Shown here in pieces: positions 50,464 to 59,154 of a stretch of DNA of 64,000 nt. The translations under genes and the position numbers were made by a program. The notes under the pieces were generated by a model. The model did not search any database, was not told the DNA's origin, and worked only from the letters and a program-made list of their open reading frames with translations. This DNA comes from an uncultured Flavobacteriales bacterium (lineage in GTDB: Bacteria; Bacteroidota; Bacteroidia; Flavobacteriales; UBA1820). The stretch is taken from positions 20,775 through 84,774 of the forward strand of contig CABQBC010000008.1 of the NCBI GenBank assembly GCA_902462305.1, given 5' to 3'. Positions within the stretch are counted from its first letter, which is position 1; the number at the start of each line of letters is the position of its first letter.

Positions 50464-52107
50464 ATGCCTACACTGACTTGGATAGGAAAAGATAAAGTTG
50501 TGAATCATCATCAGGAGGTGCCATATCGGGTGCTGGAACACCAGTACGGGTTTCGGGCGGAGGATACAGATGATAAGACACCGACAAACAGCGGCAACAA
50601 GATCATACACGGCGACAACTTAGAGGCGCTGAAATCATTGCTACCCGAATACGAAGGTCGCGTTAAGTGCATCTATATCGATCCGCCGTACAATACGGGC
50701 AACGAAAAGTGGGTTTACAATGACAATGTGAACGACCCGAAAATCAAGAAGTGGCTGGGCGAGGTAGTCGGCAAGCAGGGCGAGGATTTGAGCCGTCATG
50801 ACAAGTGGCTTTGCATGATGTATCCGCGCCTGAAACTGCTGCACAAGTTATTGGCGGAAGACGGAGTTATTTTCATTTCGATTGACGATAACGAGCAGGC
50901 GAATTTGAAATTGCTGTGCGATGAAATATTCGGGGCGAATAAATTTGTCGGACAAGCAGTTTGGTTCAAAAAAAGAAAAGGATCATACTTGTCTAAAGAA
51001 TTTGTAAGCCTTACGGAGTACGTAATTTGTTATAGAAAAAATGATAAATTGAATCTATATGGAGGAAAGCCTAATAGTGGAGAATCTCAACCACTAGTAA
51101 AAAGAACCAACACTGTTGGATTACTAACTTTTCCAGCTAATATTGTTAGAACAAGACTTTTAGATAAGACATATCAATCGGGAATATACGGCAAAGGATC
51201 AAGTTCTGTTGAATTGTTAACGGATATTCATATCGAAAATGGAAGAATCATTAATGAATTTCAGCTTAAAGGGCCTTTTATTTGGACGCAAGACTTTTTA
51301 AATAGTGAATTAAAACAAGGTGCTGAAATCGTAATTAATACAATAAATTTACAGCCTCGAGTATTTAGAAATTCAGATGATAAATATAAAGGATTCCCAT
51401 CTTTTATTGATGGGCGTGAATTTTCTGCAACAAATGATGATGCTTATGAAAATTTAATAGACATCTTTGAAGAAGAAGGTATTTTCAATTATTCCAAACC
51501 TATGGAATTTGTTTCATTTTGTATCAATTCAATAGCATATTTCGATAAAAACGCCATTATCCTCGACTCCTTCGCCGGTTCAGGGACAACAGCCCATGCC
51601 GTACTGAATCTGAATAAGAAAGATGACGGTAACCGCAAATTCATTTTGGTTGAAATGGAAGATTATGCCGAAAACATTACTGCTGAGCGTGTACGGCGAG
51701 TAATGAAAGGTTACGGCGAGGGTAAAAATGCCGTAGCCGGAACGGGCGGCGCATTCGACTATTACGAGTTGGGCGAACGGATGTTCGACGAGAATCAAAA
51801 CCTCAACGAGAATATCGGCGAAGAGAAGATCCGCGAATATATCTACTACACCGAAACCAAGCGACATTTGGAACGCGAACGCACCAAAGTCGCTAAATAT
51901 CTGTTGGATACATACAATGCGACGGGTTACTATTTCTATTATGAAAAAGATTGTCTTACGACGCTAAGCATCGATACGCTGCATATCGTGACGGAGCGTG
52001 CCGAGCAGTATGTTATTTACGCCGACATCTGCACTGTACCGCCTCAAGTGATGGCAGCCCAAAATATTATTTTCAAAAAGATTCCGCGCGACATCAAACG
52101 ATTCTAA
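50464..52107 (+). CDS. mod: type III restriction-modification methyltransferase (Mod), beta-class N6-adenine/N4-cytosine type
   Basis: 547 aa. Motif IV DPPYNTG (50680-) precedes a variable middle region, which precedes motif I DSFAGSGTTAHA. This IV-TRD-I order is typical of Mod. The gene is directly followed by res. Confidence 0.88.
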   Translation: MPTLTWIGKDKVVNHHQEVPYRVLEHQYGFRAEDTDDKTPTNSGNKIIHGDNLEALKSLLPEYEGRVKCIYIDPPYNTGNEKWVYNDNVNDPKIKKWLGEVVGKQGEDLSRHDKWLCMMYPRLKLLHKLLAEDGVIFISIDDNEQANLKLLCDEIFGANKFVGQAVWFKKRKGSYLSKEFVSLTEYVICYRKNDKLNLYGGKPNSGESQPLVKRTNTVGLLTFPANIVRTRLLDKTYQSGIYGKGSSSVELLTDIHIENGRIINEFQLKGPFIWTQDFLNSELKQGAEIVINTINLQPRVFRNSDDKYKGFPSFIDGREFSATNDDAYENLIDIFEEEGIFNYSKPMEFVSFCINSIAYFDKNAIILDSFAGSGTTAHAVLNLNKKDDGNRKFILVEMEDYAENITAERVRRVMKGYGEGKNAVAGTGGAFDYYELGERMFDENQNLNENIGEEKIREYIYYTETKRHLERERTKVAKYLLDTYNATGYYFYYEKDCLTTLSIDTLHIVTERAEQYVIYADICTVPPQVMAAQNIIFKKIPRDIKRF

Positions 52108-52111
52108 CCTT

Positions 52112-54739
52112 ATGGAACTCAAACAATATCAAAAAGAGGTAATCGCCGATTTGGATGCATATATCGGGTATGTTGAAAAATACAACCGCCCCGATACGGC
52201 ATTCCATAAATTCTGGGAAGACAAAGGTATTCCGATCTCGGCAATCGACAATTACTATCTGCACCCGTACGACAACAGCATTACCGATTTGCCTCATGTA
52301 ACGGTCAAAGTGCCAACCGCCGGCGGCAAGACTTTTATAGCCTGCAATGCACTGAATACGATATTCAAGCATCTGCCCGCTGACAAGCCGAAAGTCGTGG
52401 CGTGGTTCGTGCCGTCGGATACGATTCTGAAACAGACCTATAAAAATCTGAACGACCCGTCGCACCCCTACCGGCAGAAGATCGACAGTCATTTCGGCAA
52501 TGCCGTATGCGTTGTCGACAAAGAAGCAGCATTGTTCGGGCATGGCATAAGTCCGACGGAGATTCGCGAGCAGCTGACTATTTTCGTATTGAGCGTGCAA
52601 TCGTTCGCCGCCAACAACAAGGACGGGCGACGTGTCTACCGTGAAAACGAGAATCTGGCGGAGTATGCCAAATTGTACGACACGATGACCAAACGAGTGG
52701 AAGGCTCAGACGAAACGGGATTGATCCAGGTACTGTCGTATCTGAATCCGGTCGTCATCATCGACGAAAGTCATAACTTCGAGGCCAACCTACGTGTGGA
52801 TATGCTTAAGGCTATCAATCCGTGTTTCATTCTCGACCTGACGGCGACGCCCCGCAATAAGAGCAATATCATCAGTTTCGTGGATGCCATTAAGCTCAAA
52901 CGGGCTAATATGGTGAAATTGCCGGTTATCGTATATAACCATCGCTCGACGAATGATGTCGTTTCGAGTGCGATACAGATGCAGCGTAGTCTGGAACAAA
53001 AAGCCATTGCGATGGAGGCAGAAGGTAGCCGGTACATTCGACCGATTGTGCTGTTCCAAGCCCAGCCGAAAACCGATGACGACAATATTACGTTCGACAA
53101 GATCAAAAAGAAGCTTATCGAAATCGGCATTCCTGAAGACCAAATAAAAATCAAAACGGCGAACAAAGACGAAATTAGAAACACCGACTTGTTGTCCCGC
53201 GACTGTCCGGTGCGTTACATCATTACGGTCAATGCGCTGAAAGAGGGCTGGGATTGTCCGTTCGCCTACATTCTCGCATCGCTGGCCAACAAGACCTCGC
53301 GGGTGGATGTCGAACAGATACTGGGCCGCGTATTGCGTCTGCCCTATACGACCAAGCACAAAGAGGAATTGCTTAACCTGTCATATGTATTTACCTCGTC
53401 CAACGATTTTCGGAATACGGTCGAGAATATCATAGAGGGGTTGAACCGTGCAGGCTTCAGCAAAAAGGATTACCGCGTAGCCGAGGCCCAGACAGAACCC
53501 GCTCCCGTTCCGACCGGGCAATCGTCTCCGAACCTGTTCGGCGACGACGAGCCGGTGCACGATACGCCTGCAATCACGACAACCGACGACATCGATGAGC
53601 AGATAAACACCGAAACGATTAAAACGGCGATTGCAACACCCTCCGAAAATACGGGGACGATCGAACTGGAGTCTTTTGCCCGGAAGGAGAATGAGAGCTA
53701 CAATCAACAGATGGCGCAGCAGACAGATAATAACGACATTCCGAATGATATTAAAGGTATGATAACCACATATCCGATTAAAGATATTTTTGCGGACAAA
53801 GCCAAAGAACTGGCATTGCCCCAATTCGTGAAAAAGATAAATGCCAACTTGATATTTGACGATGAATATGTTCCGTTGGACAAGGCTATGCTTGCTGAAG
53901 GGTTCGATTTGGACAAGTGCGACCACAATATCGACTTTACCCGAACCGAAAGTGAAGCGGTGCGTGTAGACCTGGAAAAATCCAGCGGAGATGAATATGC
54001 CGTTACAAGAAGAAACCTGACTGCAAATCAATTATCATTCATCAAACAACACTTTGCGACCTTATCGCCGGAAAGCAAACAGAGGCAACTGGCAGACATG
54101 TTAGCAAAAGGCCTTCGTTTCGACGAAATCTCCGAACCGCAGGTTGCACGTTATATCAAAAGGGCTATTGCAGGCGTAGATTCCGAGCAACTCGAAGATT
54201 TATACACGAACGATTGGCAGACAAGAAATACGATTCGCCAGAAGATCGAGTCGCTGCTGTCTGCCTATCAAGAAAAGAAATTCAAAGAGTGGCTCGACAC
54301 CGGTCAGATAAAATGTCAAGCTACATATCGCCTTCCGGAGCGGATAACCGTGAAAACAAAGTCCATCGGCTTGGCAAAAGGGCTTTATACGGAAGAGGAA
54401 AACATCAACGGTTTCGAGTATGACGTTATAAACGCTGTTGCCAATTTGGATAATGTTCTATTTTGGCATAGAAATCCGAGCCGCACGGGGTTCTGTATAA
54501 ACGGTTATATAAATCATTATCCCGACTTTATCGTCCTATTGAATAGCAACATTACCGTTCTTCTTGAAACAAAAGGCGATGATAGAGATAACTCAGACAG
54601 TCGGACGAAGGTCGAGTTAGGAAGGACTTGGGCCCATAAAGCAGGCGAGCAGTATCGTTATTTTATGGTATTCGAGAAGCAACAGATGGATGGTGCGGTT
54701 ACTATCAAGGAACTTTTGCAAAGATTGAGTGCAATGTAA
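52112..54739 (+). CDS. res: type III restriction enzyme Res subunit (SF2 helicase-nuclease)
   Basis: 875 aa with Walker A VPTAGGKT, DEAH-like IIDESHN, helicase C motifs (LKEGWDCPF, QILGRVLR), and a C-terminal PD-(D/E)xK-like block YPDFIVLL...VLLETKGDD. Confidence 0.88.
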   Translation: MELKQYQKEVIADLDAYIGYVEKYNRPDTAFHKFWEDKGIPISAIDNYYLHPYDNSITDLPHVTVKVPTAGGKTFIACNALNTIFKHLPADKPKVVAWFVPSDTILKQTYKNLNDPSHPYRQKIDSHFGNAVCVVDKEAALFGHGISPTEIREQLTIFVLSVQSFAANNKDGRRVYRENENLAEYAKLYDTMTKRVEGSDETGLIQVLSYLNPVVIIDESHNFEANLRVDMLKAINPCFILDLTATPRNKSNIISFVDAIKLKRANMVKLPVIVYNHRSTNDVVSSAIQMQRSLEQKAIAMEAEGSRYIRPIVLFQAQPKTDDDNITFDKIKKKLIEIGIPEDQIKIKTANKDEIRNTDLLSRDCPVRYIITVNALKEGWDCPFAYILASLANKTSRVDVEQILGRVLRLPYTTKHKEELLNLSYVFTSSNDFRNTVENIIEGLNRAGFSKKDYRVAEAQTEPAPVPTGQSSPNLFGDDEPVHDTPAITTTDDIDEQINTETIKTAIATPSENTGTIELESFARKENESYNQQMAQQTDNNDIPNDIKGMITTYPIKDIFADKAKELALPQFVKKINANLIFDDEYVPLDKAMLAEGFDLDKCDHNIDFTRTESEAVRVDLEKSSGDEYAVTRRNLTANQLSFIKQHFATLSPESKQRQLADMLAKGLRFDEISEPQVARYIKRAIAGVDSEQLEDLYTNDWQTRNTIRQKIESLLSAYQEKKFKEWLDTGQIKCQATYRLPERITVKTKSIGLAKGLYTEEENINGFEYDVINAVANLDNVLFWHRNPSRTGFCINGYINHYPDFIVLLNSNITVLLETKGDDRDNSDSRTKVELGRTWAHKAGEQYRYFMVFEKQQMDGAVTIKELLQRLSAM

Positions 54740-54752
54740 TTAGCAGATAGCT

Positions 54753-55661
54753 ATGGACGATAATAAAATAATTATTTACCAAGACGATAACGACGTAACG
54801 CGAGTGTCCGTTCGTTTTGCTGACGAAGATTTGTGGCTTACGCAGAATCAGCTGGCTGAGATATACGATACGACGCAGGAGAATATCTCCATGCACATTG
54901 CGAACATATATCGAGACGGAGAGTTGGAGTTGGACCGAACTTATAAGAAATTCTTATTAGTTCGTACCGAAGGTTCTCGGCAAGTGAAACGCAATATCGA
55001 CCATTACAACCTAGATATGGTTATCGCGTTGGGCTATCGCGTTCAATCACAGATCGCCACACGATTCCGTCGCTGGGCAACGCTTCGGCTTCACGAATAT
55101 ATCCAGAAGGGCTTTGTGATGGACGATGAACGACTCAAACAGGGCGGGAATCGCTATTTCAGGGAACTCTTGCAGCGCATACGGGATATTCGCAGCAGTG
55201 AACGCAATTTCTATCAGCAGGTTACGGATATTTACGCGACCGCCGTCGACTATGATCCACGCAGCGATATGACCAAAACATTCTTCGCTACGGTTCAGAA
55301 TAAGCTGCACTATGCCGTTCACGAGAATACCGCAGCCGAGGTAATCTATAACCACGTGGACAACGAAAAGCCTTTTGTCGGAATGACAAACTTCAAAGGC
55401 AACTATGTAACCAAAGACGATGTGAAAATTGCCAAGAACTATTTATCGGAAATCGAATTGCAACGGTTGAATCTTTTAGTATCGGGATTTTTGGATTTCG
55501 CAGAATTTCAGGCGTTGGAGATGAATCCGATGACAATGAAAGATTGGATTGAGACGCTCGATAATCAAATTATCGCCAACAAGTGCAAGGTATTGGCAGG
55601 CAAAGGCACTGTTTCCAAAAAGCTGAAAAGGAGTTCGACATATACCGTCGGCGCGAAATGA
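54753..55661 (+). CDS. rhuM: RhuM-family protein, C-terminal tail shifted out of frame
   Basis: 302 aa with IIYQDDNDVTRVSVRFADEDLWLTQNQLAEIY...NISMHI..IY, YNLDMVIALGYRV and FYQQVTDIYATAVDYD. The expected tail AEKEFDIYRRREMSLFESDFDRAIKML is encoded from 55622 to 55723 in another frame, after an A5 run at 55617-55621. Confidence 0.8.
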   Translation: MDDNKIIIYQDDNDVTRVSVRFADEDLWLTQNQLAEIYDTTQENISMHIANIYRDGELELDRTYKKFLLVRTEGSRQVKRNIDHYNLDMVIALGYRVQSQIATRFRRWATLRLHEYIQKGFVMDDERLKQGGNRYFRELLQRIRDIRSSERNFYQQVTDIYATAVDYDPRSDMTKTFFATVQNKLHYAVHENTAAEVIYNHVDNEKPFVGMTNFKGNYVTKDDVKIAKNYLSEIELQRLNLLVSGFLDFAEFQALEMNPMTMKDWIETLDNQIIANKCKVLAGKGTVSKKLKRSSTYTVGAK

Positions 55662-55730
55662 GCCTGTTCGAAAGTGATTTTGACAGGGCCATTAAAATGT
55701 TGAAAGGAAAAGACGAAAAATAGATTTCGT

Positions 55731-56360
55731 ATGATTCGCGAACTAACCTACAATAACAGGATACTGTCCGAACAAGAACGTGCAGAGTTCTGCAAAAAAT
55801 CAGATGAAGATATACACGAGTTTTCCGAGTGTATTGAGGGAATATGCCAACTTGCAAAGGAGGTTCCGGAATCTGAAAATTCTGATTATAACAAAATAAC
55901 TAATACAATAATCAATATCAGCACTTTTACAGGTTACTCTTTTTGTGATTGCATCGTATTGACAAAATTATTTGTCAAGGCGACGAATCCGTATGAAAAA
56001 AGTTTTCTTCGGGGCAAACTGAAGGTTCAACTGAATGAAGGCTTCAAAAAGCTATATGGGTTTAACAAGAAGGGGTATAAAGATTCATATTGCGCACATT
56101 TAGAAGATATTATAACAATGTTCCCCGGATTCAAGGACGAATTTGATGAACTATTGTCAGACTTGGAGCAAATTTCAAAAAATTCTTGGTGGAAAGACGA
56201 AAGAGATGCTGAAGTACACATCGACGCGACCAAACTCTATGAACTACGACATGAAGAGATAAATGAGAGTAAAATTGTCATGGAAGCAGTGCAATTAACG
56301 GATTTATTCAACCGTTTTAATCATCTTGTAGCCAGATTGCATCGAGTGTATCTCAATTAA
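55731..56360 (+). CDS. hypothetical protein (209 aa), no recognisable domain
   Basis: A clean ORF starting 8 nt after the out-of-frame rhuM tail. It is predicted helical, with several Cys near the N-terminus (CKK...CIEGIC...CDC). Confidence 0.55.
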   Translation: MIRELTYNNRILSEQERAEFCKKSDEDIHEFSECIEGICQLAKEVPESENSDYNKITNTIINISTFTGYSFCDCIVLTKLFVKATNPYEKSFLRGKLKVQLNEGFKKLYGFNKKGYKDSYCAHLEDIITMFPGFKDEFDELLSDLEQISKNSWWKDERDAEVHIDATKLYELRHEEINESKIVMEAVQLTDLFNRFNHLVARLHRVYLN

Positions 56361-56364
56361 TTAT

Positions 56365-56523
56365 ATGTTCTTCAAGGAGTACATGCCACGCTACGGTTAC
56401 AAATACCTCTGCACCGAAGATGATGACTACAAGTATTATCAGACACTTGGCTTGCAACTTATCCATCAAGACCTGTTCGGACAGGATAATTATGGATTAG
56501 CGATGAAAGATTTGAATATCTGA
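56365..56523 (+). CDS. 52-aa ORF, unknown function
   Basis: Below the track cutoff. It reads MFFKEYMPRYGYKYLCTEDDDYKYYQTLGLQLIHQDLFGQDNYGLAMKDLNI, starts 5 nt after the upstream stop, and is followed by a terminator-like hairpin. Confidence 0.35.
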   Translation: MFFKEYMPRYGYKYLCTEDDDYKYYQTLGLQLIHQDLFGQDNYGLAMKDLNI

Positions 56524-56539
56524 TACTTGGTTTAGAGTT

Positions 56540-56570
56540 AAGGAGGAGATTTTTTCCTCTCCTTTTATCT
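56540..56570 (+). terminator. probable terminator closing the type III R-M / rhuM module
   Basis: An imperfect hairpin, aaggaggaga-ttttt-tcctctcctt (9 of 10 positions pair, including one G-T wobble), followed by T-rich sequence. Confidence 0.45.
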
Positions 56571-56859
56571 TTATATAGCATAAGATTTTATATCTATGAC
56601 GTAAAAGCTATCAAATCTATGATTATGGTGTGTCAATTGCGTAATGATTTTAATACCATTCGCAAGATGCTACCGGACGGCGTATATCGTGTATCCTGAA
56701 ACTATTCCGTATGATGGCAAGAAGTGCTATTATCTTTCTCATCGTTCTCCAGATAGCAGCTTTCCAAAAAGTTGATGAATTTTCCAGAAAACATCATTGG
56801 TATATCGAAATAAATCACTAATTATGCAAAATACGCAATACTAATAGCGGTTTTTACAA

Positions 56860-57078
56860 ATGGGAAAAGAACTCAATCGACTAAAAGTGGTGCTTGCTGA
56901 AAAGAGACGCACTAATAAATGGTTGGCACAACAGCTTGGTAAAGACCCTGCTACTGTATCCAAATGGTGTACTAATACAGCGCAGCCTTCACTTGAGACA
57001 CTTTCTGATATTGCCATGAGTCTTGAAGTTGACGTTAAGGATTTACTTCAATCGTCAATTAAGAAACAGGATTATTAA
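56860..57078 (+). CDS. XRE-family helix-turn-helix regulator (controller-protein-like), heads the M/S/kinase operon
   Basis: 72 aa. LKVVLAEKRRTNKWLAQQLGKDPATVSKWCTNTAQPSLETLSDIAMSLEVDVKDLL follows the same HTH_3 pattern as the 50118 gene. Confidence 0.85.
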   Translation: MGKELNRLKVVLAEKRRTNKWLAQQLGKDPATVSKWCTNTAQPSLETLSDIAMSLEVDVKDLLQSSIKKQDY

Positions 57079-57132
57079 AATAGACCAAGATGGATATGGC
57101 AATAACTTTAAACTTATGTAATTTTGTATAAT

Positions 57133-59154
57133 ATGGCTAACTATGACATCGACAAAAAGCAGTTGCAGGATGAGGTTGTCCTTGATGACAACCAACTTGT
57201 CTGTGTCTTGACCAATTCTATAAAAACCGCCACCGAGAAAGAACTTCTTCTTCAATCTATAATCAACCAGATGGACGAGGAATATGAATTTGATCTTTCC
57301 GATATGAAACGCAACTATTCTTTCTCATATGAAGATGATGAGGGAAAGAAAAAGCGCATGACTATAGACTTGGCAATATTCCCTCATGGAGCAGAGAAAG
57401 AACCGGAAAATATAGAGCGTATTTGCATTGTCTTTGACTCTAAGGCAAAAGAAAGCGATAAGAAGAAGGGTGTCGAGGCTACTCTTCATAAGGCACTCCA
57501 AGCTACAGGGTGCGACTTCGGAATGTGGACTAATGGAGATAAACAATTCTTTGCCTATAGAAAAGAAGATGAGATTGGCAATGAACGAATTGAAGATATT
57601 AGCGATTTCCCCGGTTGCGATGAAACCATAGAAGATCTTGAAAGCATGGGCGACCGTGCCCAACCTCGTAAGGCTGCCAATGATACTCTTATTCGCACGT
57701 TTAAGCGTTGTCATGACTATCTTTACGGAAACGAGGGTAGAAAAAAGGATGCGTTTTGGGAACTTCTCAATCTGATATTTTGTAAGATTTTCGATGAAAA
57801 ACGTCGCTTTTCGGATACCGAGAAGGGGTTCAGTTATCGCCGCCAGTTCTGGGTTGGCGTTACAGAACAGAATACACCTGAAGGTCAAGCTACAGTTGCC
57901 AAACGAATTAAGGATATCTTTGAGAAACTGAAAAAGGATGACCTTTTTAAAACAGTCTTTGACGGAAACGAGCAGATTAGTTTGTCTGACCGAGGCGTTG
58001 CCTATGTCGCATCGCAGATAGCCAAATACAATTTCCTTGATGCTACTGTTGACGTCAAGGGTACTGCTTACGAAACAATCGTAAGCAATACTCTCAAACA
58101 GGAGGCTGGTCAGTTCTTCACACCACGCAATATAATAAAGTGTATGGTTGAGATTATGAATCCAAACCAGAATTGTCGCGTGCTCGACCCAGCTTGTGGT
58201 AGTGGAGGTTTTCTTGTAATGGTTCTCGACCATGTACGTCGCCAAATAACCCGCAATATCTATTCAGCTCGTTCCGAAGCTGAGATTGAGGCTCTATCAA
58301 ATACTGATGAAATAGTCAATAGAATTGTTCGTCAATATGCTGAGTCGATGATATTCGGTTTCGATTTTGACCCTGACTTGAAGAAAGCCGCAAAGATGAA
58401 TATGGTTATGGCAGGTGACGGACATAGCAACATATTCAATATCAACTCACTTGAATATCCTAATGGTTCATTGCCTGACCTCGGACGTATAAATGAAGCG
58501 ATCAAGACAAGCGTTGACCATAGAGGCGACTATGCCACATGTGACCAACATGCGGCTAAAGACAGTGCCTTCGGCAAGTTCGATATGATATTTACAAATC
58601 CACCCTTTGGCTCAAAGGTTGAGGTTGCACAGGGCATTGTGGAACACTATGAACTGTCAGCATGGATAAAATCGCCAGAGGGACTGTTCATAGAGCAATG
58701 TTATAACTTCCTAAAACCGGGTGGTAAAATGGCTATAGTCTTACCTGATGGCATACTCAGCAACCCCAATACTGAAAAGGTTCGTGAATGGATACTTTCA
58801 AAGTTCAAGCTGATTGCATCCATAGACCTTCCGGTCGAGGCATTTCTGCCGCAAGTAGGCGTTCAGTCATCACTACTCTTCTTACAGAAGAAGACAGGTA
58901 TTGAACTTGGTCAGAAGGAAGATTATGAAGTATTCATGGCAATAGCCGAAAAGGTTGGCAAAGACCGCAGAGGCAATCCTATTTACAAACGGGATGACGA
59001 TGGTGCAGAAATTCTCTACCCGACAAAGAAAGAATGGGCAGCCCGTAATCGTCATGGAGAACTCGTAACTCGCAGTCGTATAGAACGAGTGCGCCAGCTC
59101 GATGATGACCTTCCGGAAATTTCAGAGGAATATAAAAAAATTATGGGGATATGA
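57133..59154 (+). CDS. N6-adenine DNA methyltransferase, HsdM-like core with an N-terminal HsdR_N / PD-(D/E)xK-like module
   Basis: The track ORF starts at a TTG at 57124; the first ATG is at 57133 (MANYDIDKK). Core motifs are QFFTPRNIIKCMV, DPACGSGGFL (motif I) and FTNPPFGSK (motif IV). The N-terminal region contains KKRMTIDLAIF...ERICIVFDSKAK. Confidence 0.88.
   Translation: MANYDIDKKQLQDEVVLDDNQLVCVLTNSIKTATEKELLLQSIINQMDEEYEFDLSDMKRNYSFSYEDDEGKKKRMTIDLAIFPHGAEKEPENIERICIVFDSKAKESDKKKGVEATLHKALQATGCDFGMWTNGDKQFFAYRKEDEIGNERIEDISDFPGCDETIEDLESMGDRAQPRKAANDTLIRTFKRCHDYLYGNEGRKKDAFWELLNLIFCKIFDEKRRFSDTEKGFSYRRQFWVGVTEQNTPEGQATVAKRIKDIFEKLKKDDLFKTVFDGNEQISLSDRGVAYVASQIAKYNFLDATVDVKGTAYETIVSNTLKQEAGQFFTPRNIIKCMVEIMNPNQNCRVLDPACGSGGFLVMVLDHVRRQITRNIYSARSEAEIEALSNTDEIVNRIVRQYAESMIFGFDFDPDLKKAAKMNMVMAGDGHSNIFNINSLEYPNGSLPDLGRINEAIKTSVDHRGDYATCDQHAAKDSAFGKFDMIFTNPPFGSKVEVAQGIVEHYELSAWIKSPEGLFIEQCYNFLKPGGKMAIVLPDGILSNPNTEKVREWILSKFKLIASIDLPVEAFLPQVGVQSSLLFLQKKTGIELGQKEDYEVFMAIAEKVGKDRRGNPIYKRDDDGAEILYPTKKEWAARNRHGELVTRSRIERVRQLDDDLPEISEEYKKIMGI

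Noticed and set aside
57325-58245. 306-aa antisense ORF inside the AT-rich methylase gene (and 52790-53359 / 53381-54031 inside res)
   Set aside because: A long stop-free antisense frame in AT-rich DNA looked odd. However, the sense frames carry unambiguous methylase and helicase motifs, and the antisense proteins are low-complexity with no motifs. These are most likely codon-phase shadows.
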